A stretch of DNA of 64,000 nt from Rhizodiscina lignyota (GCA_010015805.1 ML978124.1:186001-250000), one strand, 5' to 3'. Counted from the first letter of the stretch, positions 1 through 13,193 are shown. Notes: generated by a model from the sequence alone, not told the origin. A program made the numbers and translations.

Positions 1-1703
1 TGAAATCGCCACTTGCTATTCCAACGCCATGGGCGCCGGAGTTTAGCAAGGTATCATCGTTGCTAGATGCCCACATCACTTACACGACGTATTCATTAGC
101 TTCGGAGGCTACTACACGTAATGATGGTCAATATGGTCAAAGCGCGTATGCGGCCTTTTGGGCTAGTCAGAATTGGACATATACAGATAGCCCGCCGTTT
201 ACGACGACTGTTTCCCCAACGCCAGTACCTCGCAGCGAACTTGTCTTCCCGCCACCGCTTCCCGTTGAACCAGTCGACAAGAATGAGACAAATGGATTTA
301 CTTTACCGTCCAACTTCGTCTGGGGTGTTGCGAGCAGCGCTTGGCAAATCGAAGGTGGGCTTCAGTTTGATGGAAGAGGTCCGTCTGTCGAAGACGGCAT
401 CGGCACGAACCCGGGTGAGTGATCTCGAGGAAACATGAATACCCAGAGCTACACTAACCTTTTGCGCAACTCAGGGGCCAATGACTCAAATGTAGACGCG
501 ATGTTCTATTACACTTACAAGCAGGACATAGAACGTCTAGCTGAAATCGGCATTCCATATCTGTGTTTCTCCATCCCATGGACTCGTATAGTCCCATTTG
601 GAGTTAAGGGCTCTCCCATCAATACTCGGGCGCTGGATCATTACGATGATCTCGTTAATGAAGCTATCGCTCATGGCATCACTCCGATCATTACCATATT
701 GCATTATGATCTTCCAGTTTCAGTCCCTTATAGCGATCCGAATTTCAGCGATCACTATCTGTATTACGCCAAGCAGATCATGACACGCTACGGAGATCGT
801 GTTCCGTATTGGGTCTCCATCAATGAACCAAATTTGCAGCCCGTAGACAATTCGCTGACGAACATCCTGGTTGCGCATGCCGATCTGTATGATTGGTACA
901 AGAACGAGCTCGGCGGAACCGGCCAGATCACTATGAAATTCGCCAACAATCTTGCGATCCCACTTGATGCCAACAATCCAGAAGATATCGCGGCATCATT
1001 ACGGTATCAGGACTTCAGCCTTGGCATCATGAATAATCCCTTGTTCCTGGGCGCGCAGATTCCAGATTCCGTTCTAAAGACACCAGGCATCCAGATCGAT
1101 CCAATCTCAAAGGTCAATCTTTCTCATATTCACGGCAAGATCGACTTCTTCAGCTTCGATCCATACAGCTCTCAATATGTGAGCGCGCCTCCGGGGGGCG
1201 TTGAAGCTTGTGCATCAAACTCCAGCAACCCGCTTTGGCCCACATGCGTTGTGACAACCAACGATGCGGCAAATGGATGGCTCATCGGAGACGCCAGCTC
1301 CGTAGGTTACAGCTTCATCGCGTCTCAATATCGACGGGCCCAGTTCAACTATGTCTGGAATACGTTCAAGCCCTCTGGAATATTGGTGGCCGAATTTGGA
1401 TTTCCAACAGAAGGAGACCAGTACAAGGCGCTTGATGCGCAGCGATACGACCTGGAGCGCACGGTATACTATCAGGACTTCTTGACTGAAATGCTAAGGG
1501 CTATACATGAGGATGGCGTCAATGTCATTGGTACGCTGGCTTGGGCTTTCATTGAGACCAATGAGTTTGGGACATTTGACAGCCACTACGGATTGCAGAC
1601 TGTCAATCATACCACATTTGAGCGAACATATAAAAGAAGTGCCTTTGATTATGTAGATTTCTTCCACCAGCACGCTGAGAAGTCTGCGTCGGGCTATGCC
1701 TAA
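1..1703 (+). CDS. Glycoside hydrolase family 1 beta-glucosidase, 5'-partial
   Basis: FVWGVASSAWQIEGG, FSIPWTRI, acid/base SINEP, nucleophile-region VAEFG. ORFs 60-422 and 435-1703 are joined in frame by a 60-nt intron at 415-474 (GTGAGT...CTAAC...CAG). Start lies upstream of the window. Confidence 0.92.
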
Positions 1704-2484
1704 AATTTCAATGTAGACAGCTCCCGCCATAGCTTCAAACCACCGCTTCGGCTCCCTTGTCAGCATGTCGCACTCACAGCATCTTTATTAGAGTCCAAAT
1801 TTTGCTAAAGCTAGGAATTATTGCCGCAGTGGCACGGAGTATAACCCCGAGCATCCACTTCCGATTCTGCTTCATCTGAGGCTCCACTTTCCACTTTAGC
1901 TAAGCGAGGTGGTCGTGTGAGAATTAGATCGCCTATCTAGAGGGTAAGCCTACTAATTCTGGGGCCTGCGCAATTTAACTGGTATAGATGTCTAATCGCC
2001 TTGATTCGTAATTTTTCTAATTCCCTTTTGGAAAATAAATTATTATTCCAACAGAAAGTTACGTTGTGCACCTTTAGCCCCCCTGGAGAACGAGTGCTGC
2101 TAGATATGGCGCAAATAGCATGCTTGTTTTAAGAGTTTAACAAGTGAAATTTACATTCATTCCAGAGGTCTACTAATATGAGTAAGTGATTACTTATCTG
2201 TAACGTCATTTTATACGTATTGGTTGATTGATAAAATTGACAAAGCTAGTTTTGATTCCTAAACAGTTTAGGCATGAAGTGAGAAAGTCCTTTTCAAATA
2301 TCATAACCTGTGCTGACGCATTTTGCTATATAGTGCTGAAAATCCAAAGAGACAAATATCAGACTTCTTGTTTCCTCGTCTCACTTTTCCAGTTGCTGGA
2401 ACGATTGTTGAGCGGTTCGGTCGTGGCTTTGACGCTTCTCTCCCTCCGACCCTCACGAGTCACGTCTGTGCGCTGGTATTAAAA

Positions 2485-4360
2485 ATGACGGCGAATTACT
2501 TTCTGGCAATAATAATTGGAGCTTCAGCTGTACTATACATTCTCTGGAGCATTATATCCCCAAAGAAACACGGTGCGCCTCTGCCTCCAGGACCGAGAGG
2601 AAAACCCATCATCGGCAACCTATTTGACTTGCCGTCTCCTGGAGAGCCACAATGGCTCCACTGGTTGCGACATAAAGACCTATATGGTAAGTAAGAGAGT
2701 TCTCGACTGTAGTCGTACGAAAGCTAGTTCAAAGATACTGACTACTAGATAAGGCCCGCTCAGTTCCATCACGGTAATGGGCCAAACATTCATCATTATC
2801 AATGATCGCAACCTCGTCACCGAACTCTTGGAGAAGCGCGCAACAAAGAACTCGTCTCGACCGCAAACTGTATTCGCCATGGAGATGTACGTCTCGACTC
2901 CTGTCATTCGTTGCGTGAATAAGGGTGGCCTCGAATCTAACTTGACGCGGGTAGTGTCGGTTGGGACGAATCACCAGTTGGTCAAGATAACACTGGCCTT
3001 CTCCGAAGTTATCGGAAAGCGATGGCTCGAGTTATTGGATCGCATGCGGCCGTCTCGAAGTTTGATGGTATGCAAGAAGTTGAAATACGCCGGCTATTGT
3101 GGCGGGTGCTTCGAGACCCCGACAATTACGTCAGTCACATTCGAAAGTGAGTGGTCATGATTTGTTGTTCTGAATGCCCTGTTCACTCCTATCACAGAAT
3201 GATGGGTTCCCTTCTGTTAGCACTAAGCCATGGTTATATCGTCGAACCACATGGTGAGGATCCGTTCATGAACCTCGCCGAGTTGGCTATCAATGAATTT
3301 GCGGAGGCAATTACTCCCGGGGAGTGGTTGGTGGATTTTATCCCAGCACGTGAGCATTGATATCAAGCCCGAAATATATGGATATTGACGTACTCATTCC
3401 AATTTCTAGTGAAATATTTACCAGAGTGGTTTCCAGGCGGCGGGTTCAAAAAGACTGCTCGTAGATACGCCAAAACCAGACATGACTTTGTCCACAAGCC
3501 GTTTGCCTTCACAAAGTACCAAATGGCTCACAATCGTCATATCCCATCTCTGGTATCCAGTCTCATCGAACAAGGAGAGGATGACAGAGTGTCAAAATGG
3601 TCATCTGCGGCATTGTATTCGGCCGGGGCGGACTCCACTTCTGCTAGTTTAGAATCTTTCTTTCTTGCGATGATTTTGAATCCAGAAGTGCAGGCTAAAG
3701 GACAAGCGGAGATTGATCGTGTGGTAGGCGATGGCCGACTCCCGGTCTTCTCTGATCGTGATAGTCTTCCGTTTGTCGACGCTATCTCAAAGGAAGTTCT
3801 TCGTTGGCATACACTTGCGCCACTTGCTATACCTCACAAGGCCGACGAAGATGACATAGTGAACGGATATTTCATCCCAAAGGGAGCAATATTACTCCCA
3901 AACTCCTGGTAATGCCGTCTCTTTGCTTCTTTCTAATTTACTTCTCGCTCTGACAGCTTCCGTTAGGGCGATTAATCACGACGAAAAGGTCTATCGTGAG
4001 CCATCCAAATTCGATCCGGACCGGTGGTTGGCCAGCGCAGGTCATGAACCCGAGGCAGACCATGTAAGCTTCGGGTATGGACGACGTATCTGTCCCGGAC
4101 GCTATGTTGCAAGTCGCACGATATTTCTGATCGTTGCACAGTGCCTTGCAGCTTTCAGCATTCGGAAGGCCACTGGGGGGGACGGTCGTGAAATAGAACC
4201 TGAGCTTGGTGTCACTGCAGATCTCATCAGCCATGTGCTGCCATTTTCATGTACGATCACGCCACGCAGTCCAAAATACATCGAACTGGTTAATGCGGTG
4301 GAGCAAGATTATCCATTTCAAAAAAGCGACGCAGAAATATTAGAACATCTCAAGTATTAG
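2485..4360 (+). CDS. Cytochrome P450 monooxygenase, about 6 exons
   Basis: N-terminal anchor then PLPPGPRGKPIIGNL; I-helix AGADST; ExxR (EVLR); FDPDRW; heme motif FGYGRRICPG. GT-AG introns starting near 2687, 2887, 3148, 3349 and 3909. Confidence 0.95.
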
Positions 4361-6377
4361 CCGAAATTATATCTACCTTTACTGCTATGATTCTTTTCTC
4401 TTGGAACACTCGCCGAAAACGGTGTTGGACAAAGTCTCGTAACGTCCGAGTTTGTGTTCCGGCACTCCAGAAGGGAAATTCTCAGAGTGCAACTATGAGG
4501 CGGCCACCTACGCGCCTTTCGTCGATTGTTGTTCGCAAGAGTGCTATCTTTCGAGGGCAAATCTGTTGTAACTGTGATCGATATTGGCATCAGTCTCAAG
4601 CATACCTTATGGACCATTGACTGTGAAAGCTTCGAAGTAAAGGATCAGATACGAAGTCAAGATGTGACAGAGTAAACAGGTGGAACGATCGGAAGTTGAA
4701 ATTAGCGGTATATCAGCACAGACATGAACCAAATCACAACAGTGCTACGAAGTAAGTGACAGGAAGTCATGCAAACTCGAACACATGAAATTATGAATTT
4801 GACTGCTCGTAGAGTTCTCGTATTCGTAAGTATGTCCCTCTATGGAGATGATCGGTCAAAGTTCTGCTCATGACTCGCCCCTTTTTGTCCGTAAATTCGT
4901 CTTTTGTGGCTGGCCGGTATGGGTGGCGGACAGCCGAAGTCGGCCCGATATTCGGGCACTCACTTCACTCCCTGTGGTTTGAAGGAAGTTCTCGACTATT
5001 TCATCGGTCAATGTAACACCCGTGTATACAACAATTTCCGGGAATAGTGATATGGGCACGGCAACTATCGTCTTCTGAGCAACCTCCGCGGAGTCTAAAC
5101 CTGTGGAACGAAGAACGATGCGTCCACACCGGCATCTTTCCCCTGATATGGAATCTTGCGGAGTAACGTCGTCGAAGCAGAAATGGATGCCCTAAGAACG
5201 GTCACAGTTGCCCACAGCCCACGTCAGAATTGAATCATGGCACCGTCTGACGGAAATAAGCCTTGTGCCTGCAAGGTCTGTGTACGGAATCGAGCCGAGA
5301 ATTGGAGGCAAGCTCCACATTATCCAACTCTAATAAGCTTAAACTAGAATTTAGCTTAGTTATTCGGTTATTTCGACGCCATCGCTTCTCCAATAGGGCT
5401 CCTCAACCGTACAACGGAATCTCGCGCTCTTGATCGGAATCAGTCCGGGGTCATACGTCTAAGGCGGAGCATTCACAGTGCTTAGCAGCCTTAGCTCCTG
5501 AGAGGCCATCCTTTCCCTTCTCTGATCCCATGGTGTACGAAGGCGACTCGAATTCCAACCCTACTAAGCTTTGTGCCACTAACCCAGTGCAGCGAGAGAT
5601 TTCATATCTTGATTAGAGACATGATCGCTCTTGTTCTTCGTAAATATGTTCGACTCTAACTAAACCTGCCTAAGTATCTCGTATTGAAAAGTATCCAGGG
5701 CTAACTCTAAGCAGCGTAAATCCCATAATATCTAGTAGCATTATTATCCCTATCCATATCTACTAGGGATTTCCGGAACGATAGACTCAGCTACTGCGAA
5801 CGACCAACGCTGATCTAAAGTTCCCATTGTTACCGAGAACTTAGGAAGCAACTGGCCCATCCATGCACAATTCCCTATCACTAGCCAGTCTCGTCTCCAA
5901 ACGAGGTTCCCACGACGACAGCCCTATCATAAGCGTCCACTGTATATTCGTGTCCTTCAGGCAATCTCGGGTCGAGGTACTCGCTCTCATCAGCCGCAAT
6001 ACGCCTGGTTCTCTCCGTTAAACCACTCCCGTGCTGGACCATAAGCCATGAAACATGGGAAGATATTTTTGTCTCTTGTACTAAAGTAATTTTTACCTTG
6101 ATATGTTATCATCCGCCTTGGGGCTTATTGTGGCGGCACGGTCAGTCGAAATTGTGACACAGAGTAATCTTTCCGAATTGAGTGAGTATATAAGTCTCAG
6201 AAGACCCGTCTACTCTCACCTCTTCATCACAGAAAAGTAAAACAAATCCAGCAGCAAAATAATTTCCTAGTGTCTATTTCCTTATTTCCTTCTTTCCTTA
6301 TTCCCTTTGTTGTCTTTCTTCTTATTTGAATTTGGATTTTAATTCAGTTTTTGTACCAGCCTAGTATTGAGTTCAAA

Positions 6378-8399
6378 ATGCTCTACCAGTCTATTTACTC
6401 GACCGTCTCTCTACTGGCGTTGTCCACCATCTTCGACGGTGCTGCGTCAACTCCAGTCAAACTCAGAAAACGTGAGATACTGCCCAATGCAGTTGCATCA
6501 GTCCCCGCTCATCGGGAAATCCCTCCTCTTCATGGTTCGCTCATGAGGGCTGGACATTTGACTGTTCGCGACGCTTTATCCGACGTTGAGCTACTTAATT
6601 CGCACGATTGGCACTGGGGCAGTGATCGTAAGCATCACACAAATCCCTTTCGTTTTTCAAGAGGAGAGCTAACAGTCAGTACAGCCTCCCTGCCAATAGC
6701 TCATGTCATCGGCTCCGTTGATGATGATCGACGTATTCTCTCTATGGATAGCTTCGACAGTCAGCTCAAGTCAACTGATTGTAGCAACGACGGCAATTTG
6801 ATCACATTCAGTTTCAATAACGATCCAATTTTTAAGGCTGCCATGGATTCTTTCAAGTGGGTGAACGAGGAGCCCGGCCGAAGTATCTTCTTGGTTACGG
6901 AGCCTCCAGCGTGTGGCGAGACGAAGCGACAGGCCTACAACGCAACCAATGTGTCTTTTGACTATCCAAACCAAGCTGCTACGTTCTCCGTAAAGAAGAC
7001 GACATGGAAAGATGGTGTTGATACAAAGTTGCGTGTTGAGAGTGCTGGAATCCAGCAGAACGGGCCTTCAAACTCGACCAGCATCATGCAGAGGCGCCAA
7101 TCCAGTAACTCCGGGGCTGCTCCAGCCAATGGCCAATCAGCCAGTACAGACAACACTCCTTCGGGTACAATTCCTAACACCAATGCTACGCGATCTGGAC
7201 AAAACGACTTGGTCTTCTCCACATCCACTGCGACACCAGTAGTCACACTTGAGAACAAATTCTCAAAGAGTTTCAGCAAATCGGTCGGCGACGTACAATT
7301 TGGCTTGAATGTTCATGATTCTGAAATTACTGGCCAACTGGATTTCACCATCTTGGCCGATGCCACTGCCGAGCTGCTGAGCTTCAGCGTGTCCCCTAAC
7401 GGAGTGGGTGCACATCTAAACTTCGAACTGAACGCAACTGCAGCTTTCACAGGTCAGGCATCAGACACGCTCGACCTGTTCACCCTGAGCCTGGAGCCTG
7501 TTGGCATTGACAGTGTTTTCAATGTTGGTCCTCAGCTCAAGCTCGGCGGCCAGTACTCGATTGGTCCCGTTTCTGCCGAACTCGGTCTTGATTTCGGAGT
7601 CAACCTTGATGTTTCCGATAGCGCCGTTGCCACTGTCGACATATTCCATTCTGGAAATGACCAGTTCACGCAGTGGACACCAGTCTTTACTCCAATTGGT
7701 CCGACAATTGATGGCAGTGTTAGTGTGAGCGGAAGCATCAGCCCGGTTCTGACCCTGGATATTGGTGCATCTGCTTTCGGTGAAGGCTTTGAGGTTGGTC
7801 TCGAGTTGACTGCTCCTCAAGTCAACCTCGGTCTTGAGGCAGATGCATCTACCAGCGGCAAGGTCTGTGATGGAAGTGCTGACGGCGACGTTGATGTGAA
7901 AGTCGATATCACTGTCTCAGGAGAGCTTGACTACTTTGGCGGACTCGGTTCCGATAACAGCGAGCCAAACAAGAAGCCCTTGATTTCAGCGACTACGACT
8001 CAGTTGTTCTCAACTTGCGTACCATTTGGAAGTGGTTCTCCAACTGCCTCAGCAACCCCTACCAGCACCGCCAAAGTTATCAGTTGGACTGTGTTTCAAG
8101 CCGATCAGAACTGCCAATCGGGCTCCACAATCCCAGAACAAGCCGGCGAGGGAGACTGCGTTGCACTCAGTGGATCCGTTTCTGCGAACAGCACCGCCCC
8201 GATTCCGCTCGGACCCGGTGTTGGGGCCTCATTCTCGAACGAGAACGGCTGCACGATCCAATTCTTCGCAGATGGCGATTCGAGTTGCTCTGGTGCTCCT
8301 GTTGGAGATGGCCTCAACGACTTCACCAGCAGCATCTGCGTCAACAGCGGCGACTTTTCCACGCCTGTCACTTTCGTAAAGGCGACCAACTGCCCCTGA
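6378..8399 (+). CDS. Secreted protein of unknown function with a beta-rich core and Cys-rich C-terminal domain
   Basis: Signal peptide from ATG 6378 (MLYQSIYSTVSLLALSTIF) followed by a KR site. Probable 57-nt in-frame intron at 6628-6684 (GTAAGC...GCTAAC...CAG). S/T linker before a terminal domain with 6 Cys. Confidence 0.8.
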   Translation: MLYQSIYSTVSLLALSTIFDGAASTPVKLRKREILPNAVASVPAHREIPPLHGSLMRAGHLTVRDALSDVELLNSHDWHWGSDRKHHTNPFRFSRGELTVSTASLPIAHVIGSVDDDRRILSMDSFDSQLKSTDCSNDGNLITFSFNNDPIFKAAMDSFKWVNEEPGRSIFLVTEPPACGETKRQAYNATNVSFDYPNQAATFSVKKTTWKDGVDTKLRVESAGIQQNGPSNSTSIMQRRQSSNSGAAPANGQSASTDNTPSGTIPNTNATRSGQNDLVFSTSTATPVVTLENKFSKSFSKSVGDVQFGLNVHDSEITGQLDFTILADATAELLSFSVSPNGVGAHLNFELNATAAFTGQASDTLDLFTLSLEPVGIDSVFNVGPQLKLGGQYSIGPVSAELGLDFGVNLDVSDSAVATVDIFHSGNDQFTQWTPVFTPIGPTIDGSVSVSGSISPVLTLDIGASAFGEGFEVGLELTAPQVNLGLEADASTSGKVCDGSADGDVDVKVDITVSGELDYFGGLGSDNSEPNKKPLISATTTQLFSTCVPFGSGSPTASATPTSTAKVISWTVFQADQNCQSGSTIPEQAGEGDCVALSGSVSANSTAPIPLGPGVGASFSNENGCTIQFFADGDSSCSGAPVGDGLNDFTSSICVNSGDFSTPVTFVKATNCP

Positions 8400-8756
8400 A
8401 GATTCTAAAGAAGACTGTCGCATCCTTGCTCTTTGTTCGTTTATGGACAACTTTGACTTTGAGACGGTCGACTTGCGCACCATGTAAATATTCTGGAAAT
8501 TCGTTATCTGGGCTGGTTTTGCACATATATTTAATTACGACACTCGCTTGATGCTGCGTTTATCAGGTTTGTTTGATTATTGTTGCTTCAGGATAAACAC
8601 TTAAAATGATGCTATTGTCTTATATCTCACATAGAAACGAAAATATATTGAAGAGCAGAAGCTCTCTTACGTACCAATTCTTGCTCGTATACCAGGGTAC
8701 TGGTGACTTAGTCATATGGTATTAAGTCCATATCTGCGTTTATTTTAGCAGTTCTC

Positions 8757-9821
8757 TCAGTAATTGTTCGCGTATGCTCTCTTGTGTCCTACAGAAAAGG
8801 TCACTGAGTGAACATAATTCCTCCGACCAGACAGAGGCTGCTTGGCTCCACTCATACATGTCGCCCTCGCTATCAACGTATGCAATCCTTCTGGAAGACG
8901 CAGTATGACACGAAACTTTTGCCAGCTGTAATCGGTTCTACGCTCGACCTGGGTTCCTTGCCATGTCTTTCCACTATCAAGACTAATCTCCACTGCGGCG
9001 ACAGCATCGCAGCTCCACGACCAGCCTTCGACATGAACTTCTCTTCCAGGCATGACTTCATGAGGCTTTGGCCTCACGATGATGGAGTTCGGTTCAACGT
9101 TCCACACGGGCCGCATCCTTTTTCCGTCTGGATCTGTCGGGTCTAGTTCGTTGTACCACGTGGTAGTATAATGGCTCTTGGATCGTTCAGCTTGCAGTGA
9201 GAGTTTGGAAAGCCACTTTGTTGAATTGGTGCCGAACCATCCAGGTACAAGAAGTCGGGCTGGCCAACCTCGTTCCTTGCTTAGCGGCTCGCCGTTCATT
9301 AGGTAGGCTATGAGAACCTCGTCACTTAGTGCTTTTGATAGGGGAAGGTCTTTTTGATAGCGGTCGGAGGATATGCCCTTGAACGTGCCGTAATCAAGGC
9401 TGTCGGACCAGACGTATTTTGCAGATGGCAATGGTGAGACTCGTGCGAGAAGGTCCCGGAGCGGCATGCCAGTCCATTGTACGTTGCCTACACGCCAGTA
9501 GTTCTTGATTGGAGGGACTCCAGGGGGGCCATAGCATTCATGAAAGGAGGTGACAGTTTTGCAAGGCAGGCTTGTCAATTCTTTAAATGTGAGAGTCAGC
9601 GGCTGCTGAACGAGACCAGTAACGACGAGTCGCCACGCACACAGGTCGACGACAGCCGAGCCCATGTGAATGGTTTGGAACAGATGATCATCATCTGTGA
9701 TGGACGGATGGAGTTCGTGTGGAGGTGGTGGATGCCGGATGTGAAAGCCATGCTCTACTTGAATACATGCCTTTCGTTCAGCGTCGTCATGTTCGTCTTT
9801 GTCAGGGTGAGATGTGCTCAT
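8757..9821 (-). CDS. Molybdopterin-binding oxidoreductase, sulfite oxidase family, without heme domain
   Basis: Mo-ligand Cys in FHECYG; GNVQWTG; AYLMNGEPL; GWPARLLVPGWFGTNSTKWL; Ig-like dimerisation domain (VEISLDSGKTW...SWQKF). Intronless. First ATG at 9821. Confidence 0.9.
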   Translation of the reverse strand: MSTSHPDKDEHDDAERKACIQVEHGFHIRHPPPPHELHPSITDDDHLFQTIHMGSAVVDLCAWRLVVTGLVQQPLTLTFKELTSLPCKTVTSFHECYGPPGVPPIKNYWRVGNVQWTGMPLRDLLARVSPLPSAKYVWSDSLDYGTFKGISSDRYQKDLPLSKALSDEVLIAYLMNGEPLSKERGWPARLLVPGWFGTNSTKWLSKLSLQAERSKSHYTTTWYNELDPTDPDGKRMRPVWNVEPNSIIVRPKPHEVMPGREVHVEGWSWSCDAVAAVEISLDSGKTWQGTQVERRTDYSWQKFRVILRLPEGLHTLIARATCMSGAKQPLSGRRNYVHSVTFSVGHKRAYANNY

Positions 9822-11280
9822 GGTCAAGTCATTATTCCGCCGTGAAGGACTTGGCAAAGGGTGCTACAAGTCGCTGGGGAGATCTTGCTTGCACAACGCG
9901 TCTGTACCTGCGGCAGATTGAGATGTCCATGTTGTTTAGAGGCCCTATGTAAGAGTGTTAGCGGTGATGAAATGGGACGGCCGTTGTCGGCAAACTGGTG
10001 AGGGCAAACTGGTGAGGGGACGCGTTAAGCCTAAAAAGGAAACAGGCCAGTCAAACGAAATTACACCTCTAGAGACCCTTCATGTTTTCCCTTTTCCCTT
10101 GCCTAACGGCCGAGTCTTACCTCTTTTATGGCGAACGGCGTAATTCTTTCAAGGCGGGTTTCAGCCCTCATGGACAGTGTAAATCAATAAGGAGCAGAAC
10201 GGCTAAGCCCAAAATATCCTATGCTGAACAGCCTCACATGGCTTTTCCGCATCTCGCTAACCCTCAACCGTGCTTACTGTCTCAATATAGAAAATGCTGA
10301 ATAGCCTGGCCCTCGTCCTCCCTATAATCGCTCAAGCCCAATCGTGCATCAAAATATCCGTACTAAGACCAAGATGAGGTACTCTCCAAGTCTCTGGGCG
10401 ATCGCATGAGGCTGCTTACGAAGCGTCGTCCGACACTCTCAGAATACGACAGTTAAACAAGCATTTCGAGGCTCGCAATTGGCATGTTCAGATTGATGGC
10501 TGCGGAGCGCTCTCCTAATTTGAGAGATGATTACGACCTGGATGATGGCTTTACTCTTCGCGAGAGATTTCGGTTTCGGATAGATCGATTTCAGCTCTAC
10601 GTCCAGCATTTTCTGACCGACGGGGTGTTCATATTACTTTATAAATCGCTCACAAGACGAAGAACTCTCACTCTTTAACTAGCTTATATTGTGGAATTAC
10701 CAAGACGCTCGTAATTTCGTTACCGTAACTGGACTGGATTCCTGTACTGTCGTCATTCACGCCAATGTTGCTGTCTTGGCCCAAACAAACATGTACGCAA
10801 TTTTTCCTCTCAACTATCATCGCCTCTCATCAAGTGCTCTTTCAATGGACTTCACAGATCGGTTGTACTTCACGTATTGTTCTGTACGTTTTCAAAATAA
10901 GCATGAAGGAGACACTCGGCCTCGCTGAATATTGCTATGTTCCCAATCATTAAGCCTCAATTACTTCCATTGCGTGGTTATCTGCAGTCCAACTCTCAAA
11001 ATCAAGCCTATATCGGCTGCTGATGATATCCCAAGACTTGGCTCGACGGGTGCCAAGATCATTGCATGCTGCCGCTTTGTGTTGTTGCCTTTCCTGAGCG
11101 CATGTATAAATTCCAAGAGATGAATACCGCTCTTTCTCTATAATTCGGAACTGCCAGAACCTCAACTACTCTGTACTAGACAACATGGTCTTCCATTTGG
11201 TCATATTGATCTTTGCAATAACAATTCCGTTCGCAGAAAGTCTCTTTGAAGAGCGAGAAGGCCTTCGAAAGCCTCCCAAC

Positions 11281-13193
11281 ATGGACCACAAAGATTTCGA
11301 CTTCATCATTATTGGAGGTACGCCTTTCTGGGTACATGCCGAGGCGGCAGGCGAGCTCTAATATAACACCAGCTGGGCCGGCGGGCTGTGCTCTTGCTGC
11401 AATACTAGCTCGGGCTCGCACACATCCTTCTGTGCTGCTTCTTGAAGCTGGCTGTGAGAATACAAACCTCTCATTACGCATTGATGGCGAGCGCCAATTC
11501 GCATCGGCGAACAAAGCTGTGGACTGGGGTTATTCTACAGTCCCACAAGAGCACCTGGGTGGACGAACTTTTCCTTATCCTCGCGGTAAAGGCTTGGGTG
11601 GAAGCAGCGTTGTCAACTATGAAGCATTCACTGTCGGGCCAAAAGACGACTACGATGAGTGGGCAGAGAGAGTGGGAGACCCTGACTTTTCCTGGAAACG
11701 TATGCAGACCAGATTCCGGAGGCTGGAGACGTACCACGGACCACCGAAGGCATATCAGAAGTATGTGAATCCTCATGAACACAACCATGGACAGCATGGA
11801 GATCTGCAGGTTGGATTTCCTCCAACTTGGGAGAAGGATCTCCCGGAGCTCCTTGACATCTTTGAGAAGATTGGAGTTGAAATGAATGATGATATCAACT
11901 CTGGAAATCCGATTGGCATGGGAGTCAGTCCAAACTCTGCGTTTAATGGTACAAGGTCTACAGCAGCAGATCTTCTGCAAAATGCTCCACCTAACTTGGT
12001 GATCAAGACGGACACCCCAGTGACGAAGGTCATATTCAAGGATTCAACTGCTTTGGGGGTTGAAACAGAAGATAAAAAGTGTGAGTTCTCCTACAATCCG
12101 TCTCATCTCATCAGAGTTATTGACCAGAGCCCCAGACTTAGCTTCCAAGGATGTAATCCTGTCGGCCGGCGCCTTCGACACACCGAAAATCTTAATGCAT
12201 AGTGGTATTGGCCCCGCCGATGAATTGCAGAACCACGGAATTCCAGTCGTACATGATCTGCCGTTCGTGGGTAAGAATTTGCGCGACCATTTGGGGTGCT
12301 TTACGTTGTTCAAGCGTGCGAACGAAACAAGTGATCGAGGGGAGTACTTCAGCAACCCATCTGCCATTGAAGCCGCGAAAGAGCAGTGGCTCAAAGATCG
12401 AACTGGTCCATTGTCGCTCTTTGGATGTACGATGGGGATGGGATTCTTCAAATCTGACTCGATTTACTCATCAAAGGAATTTTGTGAGCTGCCAAAGGAG
12501 CAGCAAAGACATCTGCGCCAGGAGACGGTGCCTGTATGGGAAGCCTTTTCGGTATGTCTTCAAAGCAAGCCTCCGATACTCATGCCAGCGTGACTGACTA
12601 TTTTCAACACTGTAGCATTTGCTCTTTCCTCAAGGCCGCGGCCTTGAACCCACGCAGGACTATTGGGCATTACTGATCGTCCTGCTGAACTTGCAGTCCA
12701 CTGGAGAAGTCCGCCTGCAATCTTCGGACCCTGCCGTTCCCCTTTTGTACGATTTCGAGTATCTCAGTCACCCATACGACCAGCGCATTGCTATCGAGGC
12801 CGGTCGTGCGTATATGGGTCTGATTAATAGTTCTGAATTCCAGAACGCTATCAAGGAGCCTTTCCTGGCGCCAAAGTCTGAGAGCCAAGAAGACATCATG
12901 GTCAGTCATCCAGGGTCGTACCACAATAGGAATATTGAGTCTGACAATTATCTTAGGCCTTTTTCAAGGGTATGTTGAACCCTGTATATCACGCTATGGG
13001 AACGGTGAAGATGGGAAAGAAAGAAGATCCGGAGACTTGCGTTGACAACACATTCTCCGTCCAAGGGGTGAAGAATCTGCGAGTCGCGGATATGAGCATT
13101 GCGCCATTGCTTTTCAATAACCATCCGCAGTCGACCGCATACGTGACTGGAATGACTCTTGCTGACAAGCTCATTGACGAGTACAAGCTTTAA
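11281..13193 (+). CDS. GMC oxidoreductase (choline/glucose dehydrogenase-like), 5 exons
   Basis: [18 protein letters not shown] across intron 11318-11372; [39 protein letters not shown]; catalytic YHAMGT; LRVADMS; NNHPQ. No signal peptide. Confidence 0.93.

Noticed and set aside
2485..4360. P450, GMC and acyl-CoA oxidase ORF fragmentation as pseudogenes
   Set aside because: The breaks coincide with canonical introns that restore the reading frame.
4380..5200. Possible decayed minus-strand gene
   Set aside because: Only short fragments; I could not build a spliced model or identify a family.
5560..5900. TpA-rich stretch suggesting a RIP-mutated relic, with a similar one at about 1960-2300
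   Set aside because: Impression by eye only; no terminal repeats or transposase remnants. RIP indices would need computing.
10300..11200. Short ORFs upstream of the GMC gene
   Set aside because: No recognisable domain or consistent splice model.
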